A DNA stretch of 64,000 bases from an uncultured Planctomycetota bacterium (GCA_963845755.1 CAWJTV010000037.1:82969-146968); one strand, 5' to 3'; numbered from the stretch's first letter, positions 24,402 through 35,557 are shown. Translations and numbers: made by a program. The notes: a model not told the origin generated them from the letters alone.

Positions 24402-26051
24402 TCAAGGGAGAAGCCGCATGCCCAGCACGGTGTTGATCCGGAGTGTATTCCGACGGTGCCGGGCAAGACTGTCTCGATAGTAGCGGACCAGCGAGGTCGT
24501 GTCGCGCTGAATACTCAGGTAGTCCGCGACGCCGATCTCGCCCCGGTCCAGCCGTGCGCGAGCACGGTCGCGCTTGCGACGGATTGCCGGGAGCGTGACC
24601 TGCTCCAGCCGTCGCACGTCGCCGATCGTGTTCGCGAAATCGCGGGCCGCCTGTCGCACCTCGTCGGCGATCTCGCGCTCCAGCGCCGAGGTCTCATGGT
24701 GGCTCTGCTCGATGTTGAGCCTGGCCCGGAGCAGGTTCCCCTGGTTTCGGTTGAACAGCGGAATCGAGACGAACAGCCCGGCCCCCCAGGATGCCGCGCT
24801 CTGAAGCCCCGTGGGCCCGTTGTCGTGATACTCGAAGGGGCTGTACAGCAAATAGGCATCGGAGAATCGCTCGGCCCGTTCCTGATCCATCTCGGCGCGT
24901 GCACGCGCGATTCCCAGGCGATGGGCTGTCAGATCTGGCCGGTGGCGCAGCGCGACATAAACCAGGGTCTCCGCGGGGGGAAGCTTCGGGTCCAGAACAC
25001 GGAGAGTCCCGTAGAGTTCCAGGTGCTCAGATTGCTCATCCGTCAGGTCGAGCAGGCCACCCAGCCGCTTTCGGGCTTTCTGATGGCGGTCCCGCTCGTC
25101 GCCCACCGACATCGCCGTGATATCTCGCTCGATGATCAGGTCGTCGAGACTCTCCTCGTCCGCCGCGCTGCGCCGGCCTGGCCTGCGCACCGCGTAAGAT
25201 CTGGTCGATCAGCCCAAGGCTCCGCTCGGCGGCTCGGACGGCCTGTCGGGCCGCCAGGGCGTCGACGTACGCCGTATAGAGGTTGTCGATCTCCAGCCGC
25301 ACGGCGTCCTGATACTGGGCCTCCAGCACCTCCTTCTCCCGCCGAGCCAGCGCAATCCGGGCCTTTCGCTTGCCGCTGAAATCGAACGGGTACACGATGC
25401 TGATGCCGTGCTCGATCTCGCCGGGCCGCCGCGGGGAGTAGGAGCCATAGGGAATTGTGTCGGACGAGTAGAATACCAGCGGGTTGGCACGGAGCCCCGC
25501 GGACAGGATGTCGGCCTCGGCCTGGGGAATCTCCAGGAACTTGGTACGGAGCTGGGGACTGGTTCGGACCAGATGATCGATGGCCGAATCCAGCGTCAGG
25601 CCGTCAAGGGGACCTTCGTCGAGGCCGAAATCCAGCCGATCGTCGGATGCCGACTCCACCGCTCCGGACCGGCCTTGCCCACGGTCCACGGGCAGACGGA
25701 GTCGCTCGATGGCCGGCGCCAGGCCATGCTCGCGCCGAACGGCTCCGCGCCGGGCAGCATGATCGCACCGGGATCGGCCGGCCGGCGGGTCAACCGCGGC
25801 AGGGGCGCCAGCCTGCGAGCGGGATCGATGCCCAGGAGGATGTCGTTGCTGCCCGGGCTTCGCCGGTAGGGGCTGGCCGCCGTACCGGGCGTCCGACCCA
25901 GCTCGGTATCGCGCCGTCGCTCCGCATTCTCCTTCCCCTGGGCCGCCATGATGATGTCGTCGGCCAGCGTGACTTGAGCACGGCACTCCAGGCTCGACAG
26001 CCCGAAGACGAGGACTCCCGCCACGCTCCGGACGATCATCCCGCAATTCAT
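24402..26051 (-). CDS. TolC/CzcC-family outer membrane efflux protein (frameshifts ~25735, ~25180)
   Basis: EIPQAEADILSAGLRANP, SGKRKAR, RHRPDL, SIPLFNRNQGN, RINTVLG; N-terminal signal peptide. Confidence 0.85.
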
Positions 26052-26322
26052 GACCTCGGTGGTCCCCGCCCCGAAATACCCGGTCCGCCGCCTCGATAAA
26101 GATCGGCCAACCGTCACCATCGGCTTGATCGCGAATCCGTGCGCAGTGCGGTCGACGGCCCGTTTCGGTGCTATCCTACGATTAATCGGGACGAAGCGTT
26201 CCTGCGGGCCTGACCATGGAGCGACGAGGCTCCTGAACCGCCAGCATGGCACTCGCGAGGCGTCTCGTCATCCACGTGTGGATAGGATCTGTTCAGAAAC
26301 TCATGGCTCCGAGGCACGACTG

Positions 26323-27075
26323 ATGGCACTCAAGAAGCATGGCTCGAGGAGAAGTCGTCAACACTTCATTCCGGGTCGCGACGCGCTCCTGGAGGATCGC
26401 CTGGTCATGAGCTCTCCGGGCCGAGTGACCTACCTCCTGCCACCTTCGCTCGGAAGCACTGTTCGGCATCATCAGAGAGAGTTCGCACCGATTCGCCAGG
26501 GTCCGGTCCAAGCGGAGGTTCGGGTCGCGAACCATCCAGCCCACCATGAGGCGCGGATTAATGCAGCCCCGACTGTGAAACGGTGGTCCTGGCTGGCCGA
26601 TACCTACTGGTACGTGCCGACCTCGAACCTACCAGCCGTGCTATTCAACAGCTCGACCGGAAAATTGGCGCCGGTCAGTGACCAGACCGTCTTTCATATC
26701 ACCGGTTACCGAGACGGCTACTTCTGGGGAACGACGGTGACTCAGCTCGGGTCGTCTTCCGCTTCCTGCTCATCCATGGTGGGATCGGTCACGCCCCAAG
26801 GTAAGGTCCTGCTGACCTTTACGTCAACCAGCAGCTCATCGAGCCCTTCGATCACCGAAGGATCCGGCGTGATGCAGAGGAAGTTTGGCAAGTGGACTAT
26901 GGAGAATCAGATGTTCACTTCTCCTGGTCAAACGCTCCAGATCGGCCACTGGGCGTACATGGTGCAGACGCATCCGGGTCTACCGAGCTGGAACGCGCTC
27001 CCTTCCTCGGGTGTTTCCGTCCCCGAGTTCCTGGGCCAATGTGCGGGTTGTGGCCCTCAGCCGGTCGTCTCGTAG
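26323..27075 (+). CDS. Secreted hypothetical protein with LEPRxLL-like leader
   Basis: Basic leader then LLEDRLVMS; aromatic beta-rich domain WLADTYWYVP...SDQTVFHITGYRDGYFWG...HWAYM. Confidence 0.7.
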   Translation: MALKKHGSRRSRQHFIPGRDALLEDRLVMSSPGRVTYLLPPSLGSTVRHHQREFAPIRQGPVQAEVRVANHPAHHEARINAAPTVKRWSWLADTYWYVPTSNLPAVLFNSSTGKLAPVSDQTVFHITGYRDGYFWGTTVTQLGSSSASCSSMVGSVTPQGKVLLTFTSTSSSSSPSITEGSGVMQRKFGKWTMENQMFTSPGQTLQIGHWAYMVQTHPGLPSWNALPSSGVSVPEFLGQCAGCGPQPVVS

Positions 27076-27131
27076 TCCGGCGATCGGACGTGGCCACGGG
27101 CTTCGGACGACCCGATCGCCCGGCGGATGAC

Positions 27132-28238
27132 CTACCTCTGGAACACCCCCCGGCCGATCGAGGCGGGGTCCGAGGAGACCTTGTCGGCGAAGGTCCGGAG
27201 CGAGGCCAGGACCGTCTTGAGCTGGACCAGGGCCTGGTTGGCCGAGAGGGCCATTCGGTTCAGATTATCGTGCAGCTCGCTGTTCACAATCAGCTTCTGG
27301 AGGGTGCCATCGGTGTTCAACTGGCCCCGAGTGTCGCGGAGTTTGCGGGTTAATAACTCGAGGTCGGACGCGATCAGGTTGACGCGGCGGATGGTCTGGC
27401 CGATGTCAGTCGTCGGCGAACGCTTGACGTCGGAGCCCAGGTCCTTGAGGGCGGGCTGGAGATCGGCGATGCCGGCGTCGATGCGGGCCACGACCTCGGA
27501 GAATCGTCGAATACCGACCCGGAGCGATTCCTGGGTCTGCTCGTCGAGCGTCTTGTCAAGCTTGGCGGCGACCTGGCGGATGTTGGCGATGGCCGGCTTG
27601 AATTCCGCTTCATTGGCGTCGATGAATCGGCGGATCCCCTGGGCGGCGCCGGTGACGTCCTGGCCCGTCGCATTCCAGGTGGTCAAGAGCTTGTCGAGGT
27701 TGTCGGCGCTCTTGGTGATCTTCACAAGTCCATCGCCGGCGGCCTTGATCGACGCGAGCGTATCTCCGGCCGACTCGAACGCCTTGGTAGCCGCGGCCAG
27801 GGCCTTCGACGGATCCGGCGCCACTTCTCCATCAATGAACGGGGCGGCGATGGGAGTCCTGCCGGCCGCAATGAATTCGAGACTGGTGCCCGGCAGCATG
27901 TCGATCGCCACGTCGCCGATGAGGGAGCGCGTCAGCCGGGCTTTCGACCCTTCGCGGACGTGATACCGGCGCTCAAGGGCCAGCGTTACGAGCACGCCGT
28001 CCGGCTGGTTCGGCCGCTCATCGAAGGCGATCGCCACCACCTCGCCGATGCGAATCCCGCTCTTGCGCACAGGCACTCCTTCCAGGACCCCCGGCGCCTC
28101 GGCATACCGGACTTTCACGTACACCTGGTCGCGCAGCAGCGAGGGAGATTCCCCGAACCAGACGATCATCATCGTCAGGACCAGCCCGGCCACGATCACG
28201 AACATGCCGATTCGGAACTGCATCAGCCGTTCATTCAT
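27132..28238 (-). CDS. mlaD: MlaD/MCE-family protein
   Basis: N-terminal TM; APGVLEGVPVRKSGIRIGEV MCE motif; long helical tail; operon with mlaE and mlaF. Confidence 0.88.
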   Translation of the reverse strand: MNERLMQFRIGMFVIVAGLVLTMMIVWFGESPSLLRDQVYVKVRYAEAPGVLEGVPVRKSGIRIGEVVAIAFDERPNQPDGVLVTLALERRYHVREGSKARLTRSLIGDVAIDMLPGTSLEFIAAGRTPIAAPFIDGEVAPDPSKALAAATKAFESAGDTLASIKAAGDGLVKITKSADNLDKLLTTWNATGQDVTGAAQGIRRFIDANEAEFKPAIANIRQVAAKLDKTLDEQTQESLRVGIRRFSEVVARIDAGIADLQPALKDLGSDVKRSPTTDIGQTIRRVNLIASDLELLTRKLRDTRGQLNTDGTLQKLIVNSELHDNLNRMALSANQALVQLKTVLASLRTFADKVSSDPASIGRGVFQR

Positions 28239-28268
28239 AATCAACCTCGTAATCGCTCCGGATCGACG

Positions 28269-29119
28269 CTAATGGGCCTCGTGCCCGGGCGAGGACTTGA
28301 GCAGGGCCATCTCGCGCAGGCGTTCGCCGGCCTCGCCGCGGACGAACTGGCGGACGCGCGGGTCGGGGCAAGATTCCAGGCCCTCGGGCGGCCCGTCATA
28401 CAGGATCTGCGATTCGCGCGGGCCGAGCCGCGGCAGTGGGTAGAGCATCACCACCCGGTCCGCGACCTTGGAGACGGTCTTCATGTCGTGCGTGACCACG
28501 ACCCCGGTCGTCTTCTTGGTCTGCTGGGTCTGGAGGATCAACTCGTTGATCACGTCGCTCATGATCGGGTCCAGCCCGGTGGTCGGCTCGTCGTACAGCA
28601 TGACTTCCGGTCCGATGGCCAGCGCCGCGCCAGGCCGACGCGCTTCCGCTGGCCACCCGAGAGCTCGGCCGGCTTCTTCTGCTCGATCCCGCCCGCCAGT
28701 CCCACTTCCTGGAGCCGATCGCTCACGATCCGGCGGACCTCGTCCTCCCCGCAGAAATGGTGTTCGCGGAGGCCGAATGCCACGTTGTCGAAGACCGTGA
28801 GGCTATCGAACAGGGCCGCCATCTGGAACAAGAACCCGAACCGGAGCCGCATCTTCACCAGCGACTTGCCGTCGAGCCCAGCGACGTCGCGGCCGTCGAA
28901 CTCCACCTTCCCCTGGCTCGGCTGCAACAGCCCGATGATCAGCTTGAGCATCACCGTCTTGCCGCAGCCACTCTCGCCGATGATGCAGACCGTCTGGCCG
29001 CGGCGGATGACCAGGTCGATCTCGCGGAGGACCGATTGTTGCCGGAATCGCATGCTCACCGCGCGCAGCACGATCACGTCGTCAGGCTTGACCCCACCAG
29101 CCGCTTCCACTGGGTTCAT
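28269..29119 (-). CDS. mlaF: MlaF-like ABC ATPase (frameshift ~28625)
   Basis: GESGCGKT, FQMAALFDSLTV, LSGGQRKRVGLAR, LYDEPTTGLDP, VVTHD; ATGA overlap with mlaE. Confidence 0.9.
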
Positions 29120-29973
29120 AAGAGTCCTTGGGCCGAGGGCCAGATGGCGTTGTACACGCCGTTCCAGCCGAGCCCGATCACGAAGTCGAGGAACAGGATG
29201 ACGATGAACGAGAACACGAAGGCCTCGGTGGCGGCCCGGCCTACCCCCTCGGCGCCCGCGCGGGAGTTGAATCCCCGATGGCAACTGATCAGGGCGATCC
29301 CGGCGCCGAAGAAGTAACTCTTGAACACACCGGCGAAGATATCCAGACTGTCCACGAAATCGCGGGTGTGCTTCCAGTAGGCGAACGAGTCGACATTGAG
29401 GATCTGGGTGCTCACGACCGCACCGCCAATGACACCCATGAAGTCGCCCATCAGGGTCAGGAGCGGGATCAGCAGGACGCACGCGAGGAACCGCGGGACG
29501 ACCAGGTAGTAGATGGGATTGGTCCCCAGCGCCGAGAGCGCGTCGATCTGTTCGGTCACGCGCATCGTCCCCAGTTCGGCAGCCATGCTGGATCCGACCC
29601 GTCCCGCGAGCATGGTCGCGGCCAGGACCGGTCCCAACTCCTTGACGATCGAGATATTGATCACCGACCCCAGCCGGGTCGCCAGTCCCATCATGGCGAA
29701 CTGATGATGCGCCTGCACCGCCAGCACCATGCCGATGAAGGTCCCGGTGATCGCCACCACCGAGACACTCTTGACGCCGATCGCATAGAAGATCGGCACG
29801 AGGACCGACCATCGCGACCGTCGCCGGACGATCCAGACCAGGGTCATCACCGAGAAATGCGCGACGTCGCCGATCTCCGCGACGGCGTCGAAGACTTGTT
29901 CGCCCAGGCGATGGACCGGGCTCGTACCGGATTCCATCGCCTGCGCCGGGGCTTGCAGAGGGGCAACCGCCAT
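29116..29973 (-). CDS. mlaE: MlaE-family ABC permease
   Basis: KELGPVL, AGRVGSSMAAELGTMRVTEQIDAL, GAEGVGRAAT. Confidence 0.93.
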   Translation of the reverse strand: MAVAPLQAPAQAMESGTSPVHRLGEQVFDAVAEIGDVAHFSVMTLVWIVRRRSRWSVLVPIFYAIGVKSVSVVAITGTFIGMVLAVQAHHQFAMMGLATRLGSVINISIVKELGPVLAATMLAGRVGSSMAAELGTMRVTEQIDALSALGTNPIYYLVVPRFLACVLLIPLLTLMGDFMGVIGGAVVSTQILNVDSFAYWKHTRDFVDSLDIFAGVFKSYFFGAGIALISCHRGFNSRAGAEGVGRAATEAFVFSFIVILFLDFVIGLGWNGVYNAIWPSAQGLL

Positions 29974-30296
29974 CGCCAGGTTCTCTCCGACGGGGCACAA
30001 GGATCGACAGTGGGACCGTCCTCCCGGCTATCCCACCGCCAGGCCTGCACCGACGGCGATCCGGCCTCCCCTGCCGACTACTCCCCAACGGTCATTCTGG
30101 GCATTCCCCCGGTTCTTGGCAAGGTCGACTGCATGGTCACGGCCGCGCAATTCCCACACGTCGGAACCCGCCGCGGAACTCCATTCGCCGAGCGAACTTG
30201 CCGCTGGACGGCTTGAGGCCGTATCCGCGCGAGCCCCACGCCGCGGCAGACTCGACACCTGCCTCGCCTGGCGTTAAGTCGGCTGGACGCGAGCAA

Positions 30297-32283
30297 TCAT
30301 GCACGCATTATTGGCAGCGTGCAATCGCACGTGAAAACCTCCCGGGTCTTGTGGGCCCACCAGGCCGACTCTGGCAGCCATGCTACGCGCAATTTGAGGT
30401 CAAGGGCCCGATCCAACTTCCGTTCCAGTTCATCCAACCGCTCGAGGATCCTGGCATTCGGGGCTCGAGCATCCTTCTCATCGAGGAGCCGTTGGAGTTG
30501 TCGCTCGACCTCGCTCAATCGCTCATCGAGACTGAGCTTGGACTTGCTCGGCGCGGGGACATCAGTGAGCCGCGATGGTTTTGCCATGGGGCCGAGATCC
30601 ACGTCAACGCGTACGAAGGCCCCGGCCTTGTAGCGACCTTGCGGGTTGGGGATCGTGGTGCGGAACTTCGCCATCCGCGTCTCGGGATTGATCGTCCTAT
30701 CCACGTAGTCGACCTTGGCGGCCATCACCCGTTGCGAGGCGAATGGAAAGATGACCTTCACGGCCTGTCCGACCATGACGTACTCGGCGTCGGTTTCGCT
30801 GACGTTCACAGTGATATAAAGACGGTCAAGTGGGGTGATGATCATTAACTCGTCCTTCCCCTCATAGTAATTCCCCGTCACGACGGTCCTCTTGACGACA
30901 ATGCCGTCGGCACGCGACCGCAGGATGAACTTGCCTTTCTGCAGGGTGTGCTCATTGGGGGCGTTCGTGATCTCTTCTTCAGTCAGGCCATACCCCAGGA
31001 GCTTATCCTTGGCGATCCTCATCTTCAGCCGGCTGCGGGCCTCGTTGTCCTCGACGTCGAACAGCTCCTTCTTGGGAAGGGTGTTCTCCTTGGCCAGTGG
31101 AACCTTGTAATCGTAATTTCTCTTGTCGTGCTTCCACTGGGTGCACGCCAGTTCGTATTCGCTCACGGCCGCGGCCAGGTCGCTGCTGGTTACCTTCAGC
31201 AGCGGGTCGCCGTGCTTCACCGTCGCACCCAGGTCCACGAGGACATCGTCGACGCGGCAATTATCGATGAGCGAGCGGACGACCGTCAGCTTGGAGGGAT
31301 CGTAGGCGGTGGTGCCGTGGAGGCGAAGCACCGTGGGCTGAGAATCATCCTTGGCGGGCGTTGACACGGGACCGGCCTGGTCATCGCCTCGCGGCGTCCG
31401 AGCGGTTTGGCGGGCGAGGACCATGGCACCCACGCCGAGGGCCATCACTCCCAACAGGGCGATTGCTGCAACTCTCAACTTATTCAGCAACATGCTTTTC
31501 AAAACTCCCTGTGTGATCGCGAATACGTGGGAAGACGCGAATCCACCGTCGCCGACTCCGGAGACGAACCCGGACGCTGACCGGGTGGTCGAGTCCAGCA
31601 AGACTCGAGGAAGTTCGGCGATCTCCGAAGGTCGAAATGGCTCGCTCGGAACCCATGGCATGGCCGTCCAACCGTAGCGTTCCAGGCGCCATCGGAGCTG
31701 GTCGCGGGCACGCGCGAGCCGGGTCTTCACGGTCCCGACCGGCCAGCCGAGTCGGCCTGCCGCCTGCTCATGCGTCAGGCCCTCGAGGTAACACATTACG
31801 ATGGGAATCCGGTACTTCTCCGGGAGTCGAGCAATCTCGCCATGAAGCTCGGGCCAGTGCTCTGATGAGTTCGACCTCGACGGAGCCCGCATGAGCCCGG
31901 ACGATCGCGCCTTGCCGTTCGTGCCGATGCCGTCGCGCCTCGGACATCCGGATGCGCGCGGCCACCCGGCAGGCGACGCCGAACAGCCAGCTTCCCACGG
32001 AATCATGCTTGCGAATCGAACGAGCCCGCCGAGCCAGCACCAGGAATGTGGCCTGGAACGCATCCTCGGCCGCGTGTCGATCCCTGAGTGCCTGCTCGCA
32101 AACGCGTAGGACCATCGAACCATGGCGCTCGACCAGAGCCTTGAACGCGGCCTCCCTCGACTCGGGTCCACCCTGAAGGAACCGCTCCAGCAGGTCGCGA
32201 TCAGACAACCCCACCGAGGTCCCTGCCGTGAACAGGATCCGGACCTGATCGTATACTGTTCCCGATCCTGAGCGTTCGGGCAT
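30297..32283 (-). CDS. ECF sigma factor fused via TM to an RND efflux periplasmic adaptor (HlyD/CzcB-like) (frameshift ~31865)
   Basis: Sigma part: [55 protein letters not shown] helix. Adaptor part: [52 protein letters not shown]. Confidence 0.85.
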
Positions 32284-32471
32284 GAATGCGACTCCTGACC
32301 GCTTGACCGTGGTTGCTTCATATAGTGTCCCGAACGTACGCTCACCGATTCAGGCTTCCCGTCTTTTTCCCGCGGAGACTCGCGGACGAAAGCGGACTTC
32401 CTCCTGACGTCCCTTGCATGAGGCAGGCGCGATCGTTCACCGACCGCGCACCCGAGCTAATCCCCCGGTGC

Positions 32472-32497
32472 GAGAAAAATTTCAAGAAATTTTTCTC
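32472..32497. promoter_or_regulatory. Perfect 12-bp inverted repeat, operator-like, upstream of the ECF-adaptor gene
   Basis: GAGAAAAATTTC-AA-GAAATTTTTCTC in an AT-rich intergenic stretch. Confidence 0.5.
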
Positions 32498-32809
32498 TAT
32501 ATATTGTAAGGACTTAAGTCAAAAAAAAGGGCCGTTTCCAGCGAAATGCGTTAACATTTTCTCAAAGTTGCGGCATCCTCAATCATAGGGGCGTCGTTCT
32601 TGAAACCTGGGAGGTCACCTGGCCGTGTGGTCCGCCGAGTGTCGCCCCGAGTCGATGACAGCACGCGTGATCGCGCCGGATTCGCACTGACGAATGGATG
32701 TAATCACGCACGCCTGATTGGTTGTAAGGGTTCATTGTTGCATGCTTGGTGTTATTCAGGTCCTGCCAAAGAGGCTGAGATGCCTCTTGGCCCACTTGAA
32801 AAGCCGACG

Positions 32810-32904
32810 AACGAACCCAATTGACCGCGCGACTTGTGGCAGGATTTCGAAAACGAACCCAACCAAGTGCGAGCCGACATCGAAAACTCGAAAAACGAAC
32901 CCAA
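32810..32904 (+). repeat. Three AACGAACCCAA repeats at an exact 42-bp period
   Basis: Copies at 32810-32820, 32852-32862 and 32894-32904, separated by largely unrelated 31-nt spacers. Confidence 0.8.
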
Positions 32905-33334
32905 TTGAGCGGCCGCCCTGTCTCGATATCCGATCTATGATCGCGACAAGTTGTGTAGATTGCCTGAACAATGAGACTCGAAAAATCGTTGCATTTATTT
33001 TAGTAACGCCAGACTACCTAATTATCTCAATCCTCAATTTCCTCTCAATCGGGAGAACCTTACGGCGGGATTAGGAGTGATCGACGAGGCCGCTGTTCGT
33101 GAGGCAGCCTTCAGCGTCTCCGGAATCGCAGGGATCTGGCGAAAGCGAAGTGTGTGTTTTCAGGATTGCATGGATTTGATCGAACGCAACCGGATGGGAC
33201 TCGTTGAGACCCGACTTGTGCTCTCAAGCGTGTACGAGACGCCTCATAGGGTGGGTTGATAGCTGCACCGCGGGGTGAGGCCGACTGAGATTCCCGGCGA
33301 ATACGAACGTCAGGCGACCGTCACGGGCAGCCTT

Positions 33335-34465
33335 TCAGAATCCCATCTCGTCGAGTCGATGCTCGAGCATGGCCTCGATCATCTGCGCGGTTTGGCGGTA
33401 GGTTTCGTGATCGGAGCCGACAGGATCGACGACGTCTGCTCCGCCCGGATCGAGCAGGAAGGTGCGATGTTCGACCTCGGGGACGGCTGCGAGGAGGGAT
33501 TCGAGATGGTTGACGGTCATGGCGAAGATGCAGTCGGCCTGACGCACCAGATTCACGGCGATCTTGCGACTGCGGTGGTGCTCGAGCGATCCTCCGAGGG
33601 CCCGGACGACGTCGATGGCATGAGCCGCCGCCGGCACACCATTGCTTGCGGCCACTCCGGCGGATCGGATCAGATACCCACGTTGCTCCAGGTCCGAGAC
33701 CTGGCAGCCAAGCCTCCGGGCCAGGAGGAGCTTGCAAATGGCCTCGGCCATGGCACTGCGACAGGTGTTGCCCGTGCAGACGAACAGGATGATCAGGCAG
33801 GAGGCTTGCATGAGGGTTGCGGCGTCAACGACCCCCGGGCGTTCGATGGACCACGCCTCTTCGTCGATCCTGACCACAGTGGCTAACTGTCCGTACCGCG
33901 TTGGACCGGCGTCGATGACCATGTCCAGACCCGCGAGGCCACGAAGCGGGTCGGCCGTGATGGGGACAGGGTGCTCGGGGGTCGCCACCATCGCGATGAC
34001 CAGGGGCGCCGGCAGCAGCCGTAGCACGTCTCGGACGATCGGATGCGACGGGCTCCTTAGTGCGATGTCGCCGGAAGCGGAGATCAAGGCACGGACATCA
34101 CTGGGCAGGCGTTCATACAGCCCATCTGACAAGGTCCCGGAGAAGATCAATGTGACCGGCCCAGGCCAGAGACGCCCGGCCAGCCGGCGGCCCAACTCGG
34201 AGATTCGCGGCACCCAGTCGGTAACCTCTTCGGGCCCTTTCAGGAGTAAAGTCAGAGGACGGTGCGGATCCGAGGTGCGCATCGCCTTGACCCGGGCGAC
34301 GCTCCGGGCATCCAGGGCGCTGGCCACCAGGCCGTAGACCGTCTCGGTCGCCAGGCCCACCAGGCCCCCCTGTGCCAGGCAGGCGACCGCACGATGAACC
34401 ACATCCCGGAGGTCATCCACCTGCGATACATCGATCCACTGCGGCGAAACCGGTTCGTCACTCAT
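33335..34465 (-). CDS. Sua5/TsaC-like domain fused to low-molecular-weight protein phosphatase (YwlE-like)
   Basis: N-domain ATETVYGL, LWPGPVTL, IALR. C-domain ILFVCTGNTCRSAMAE, SAG, DVVDPVG. Confidence 0.9.
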   Translation of the reverse strand: MSDEPVSPQWIDVSQVDDLRDVVHRAVACLAQGGLVGLATETVYGLVASALDARSVARVKAMRTSDPHRPLTLLLKGPEEVTDWVPRISELGRRLAGRLWPGPVTLIFSGTLSDGLYERLPSDVRALISASGDIALRSPSHPIVRDVLRLLPAPLVIAMVATPEHPVPITADPLRGLAGLDMVIDAGPTRYGQLATVVRIDEEAWSIERPGVVDAATLMQASCLIILFVCTGNTCRSAMAEAICKLLLARRLGCQVSDLEQRGYLIRSAGVAASNGVPAAAHAIDVVRALGGSLEHHRSRKIAVNLVRQADCIFAMTVNHLESLLAAVPEVEHRTFLLDPGGADVVDPVGSDHETYRQTAQMIEAMLEHRLDEMGF

Positions 34466-34750
34466 CGGACCCCGTCCGGTATCAAGTGCCATCCCGCAAA
34501 CCAACGGCCGGAGCGGGGCGTCCACGCCAATCGGCGTGGCTTTCAGCCTCGCCCAGGCGACTGTCTCGCTTACTCTACGAACCCGCTCGACATCCGGTCA
34601 ACCATCTCGCTCGTCCGCTACAGACAAAGTCAGCCGGACGAACGACGATTGCGTCGTCTCGTCCATCGGAGCAACCATGCAGAAGCGAATCCTGGACAAC
34701 CGACCTTGCGGATGGCGAGTCGATTTCCTTGCAACATTGGTGGACGGGCG

Positions 34751-35035
34751 TCAGAAGAGAAGCGTCAGGCCCTTGACCTCTCGGATCTCGGCGTAGATGG
34801 CCCGAACTTGCTCCGCAGTTTGCACGGTGATATCCAGGGTCACCGCCAGGTGACGGCCTCCCGGGGTACTTCGCACCGAGTAATCGAGATCCGAACGCGC
34901 CGCGAGATGCGAGTAAACGGCCTCGACCACCCGGGACTCGAAGTCATCGTCGGCTCGTCCGATCGCCTTGATCTTATAGACACCGGGAAAGAAGTGGATC
35001 GATTCCAGGAGATCGACCGAAGGACGATGATCCAT
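34751..35035 (-). CDS. DUF493/YbeD-family protein
   Basis: 94 aa; HFFPGVYKIKAIG ... STPGGRHLAVTL ... AEQVRAIYAEI ACT-like pattern. Confidence 0.85.
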   Translation of the reverse strand: MDHRPSVDLLESIHFFPGVYKIKAIGRADDDFESRVVEAVYSHLAARSDLDYSVRSTPGGRHLAVTLDITVQTAEQVRAIYAEIREVKGLTLLF

Positions 35036-35211
35036 GGCCCGCTCTCGGGGATTGAAGGAACATGCGGCATCGCTCTTCCATCATACGGCGGTTCCGGACG
35101 TTCGCCAAATCCGCCTCTCGGAATCCTCATCGGCTCTGCCAATAGATTCTCGAGAGCAAGAATCAGAATCCATCGAGTCAATGCTTGCGGACTCACACTA
35201 AAAGGTAGACC

Positions 35212-35385
35212 ATGGCATGGATCGACGATTGGATGTGGGACCAGTTCGCCACGGAGAACCTGGCCGCCGGGTGGCGCCGGTACCTCGATCTCGAGGGCGC
35301 GCGAATCAGAGGCGGCGAGCGATCGAATATCCGCGGATTCTCGAATTCCTCGAAGAACGGAACCACAAGCCAGGACGTAGAATGA
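35212..35385 (+). CDS. Putative small protein (57 aa, below the ORF-track cutoff)
   Basis: AAAGGT RBS; MAWIDDWMWDQFATENLAAGWRRYLDLEGARIRGG... Confidence 0.4.
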   Translation: MAWIDDWMWDQFATENLAAGWRRYLDLEGARIRGGERSNIRGFSNSSKNGTTSQDVE

Positions 35386-35557
35386 GAGTGGATTCGGGCG
35401 TGCGATCCGTGCCCAAGGCAGAATCACCGCACGGATTCGGCACGATTTAAGCGACTGAGAAGCGAAAGGCGTCGAAACAGACCTGCCGGTTCAAGCCGGC
35501 TGGAAATACCTCCGCAGACACTACACGTTGCGTGGAATCACCAGATCGGAGGAGGCC

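Noticed and set aside
32810..32904. CRISPR array
   Set aside because: The repeat is only 11 bp, has three copies, is not palindromic, and no cas genes are in the window. Kept as an unexplained repeat.
32718..33259. ORFs of 60-118 aa in the AT-rich gap
   Set aside because: Atypical codon usage, no clear RBS and no recognisable motifs.
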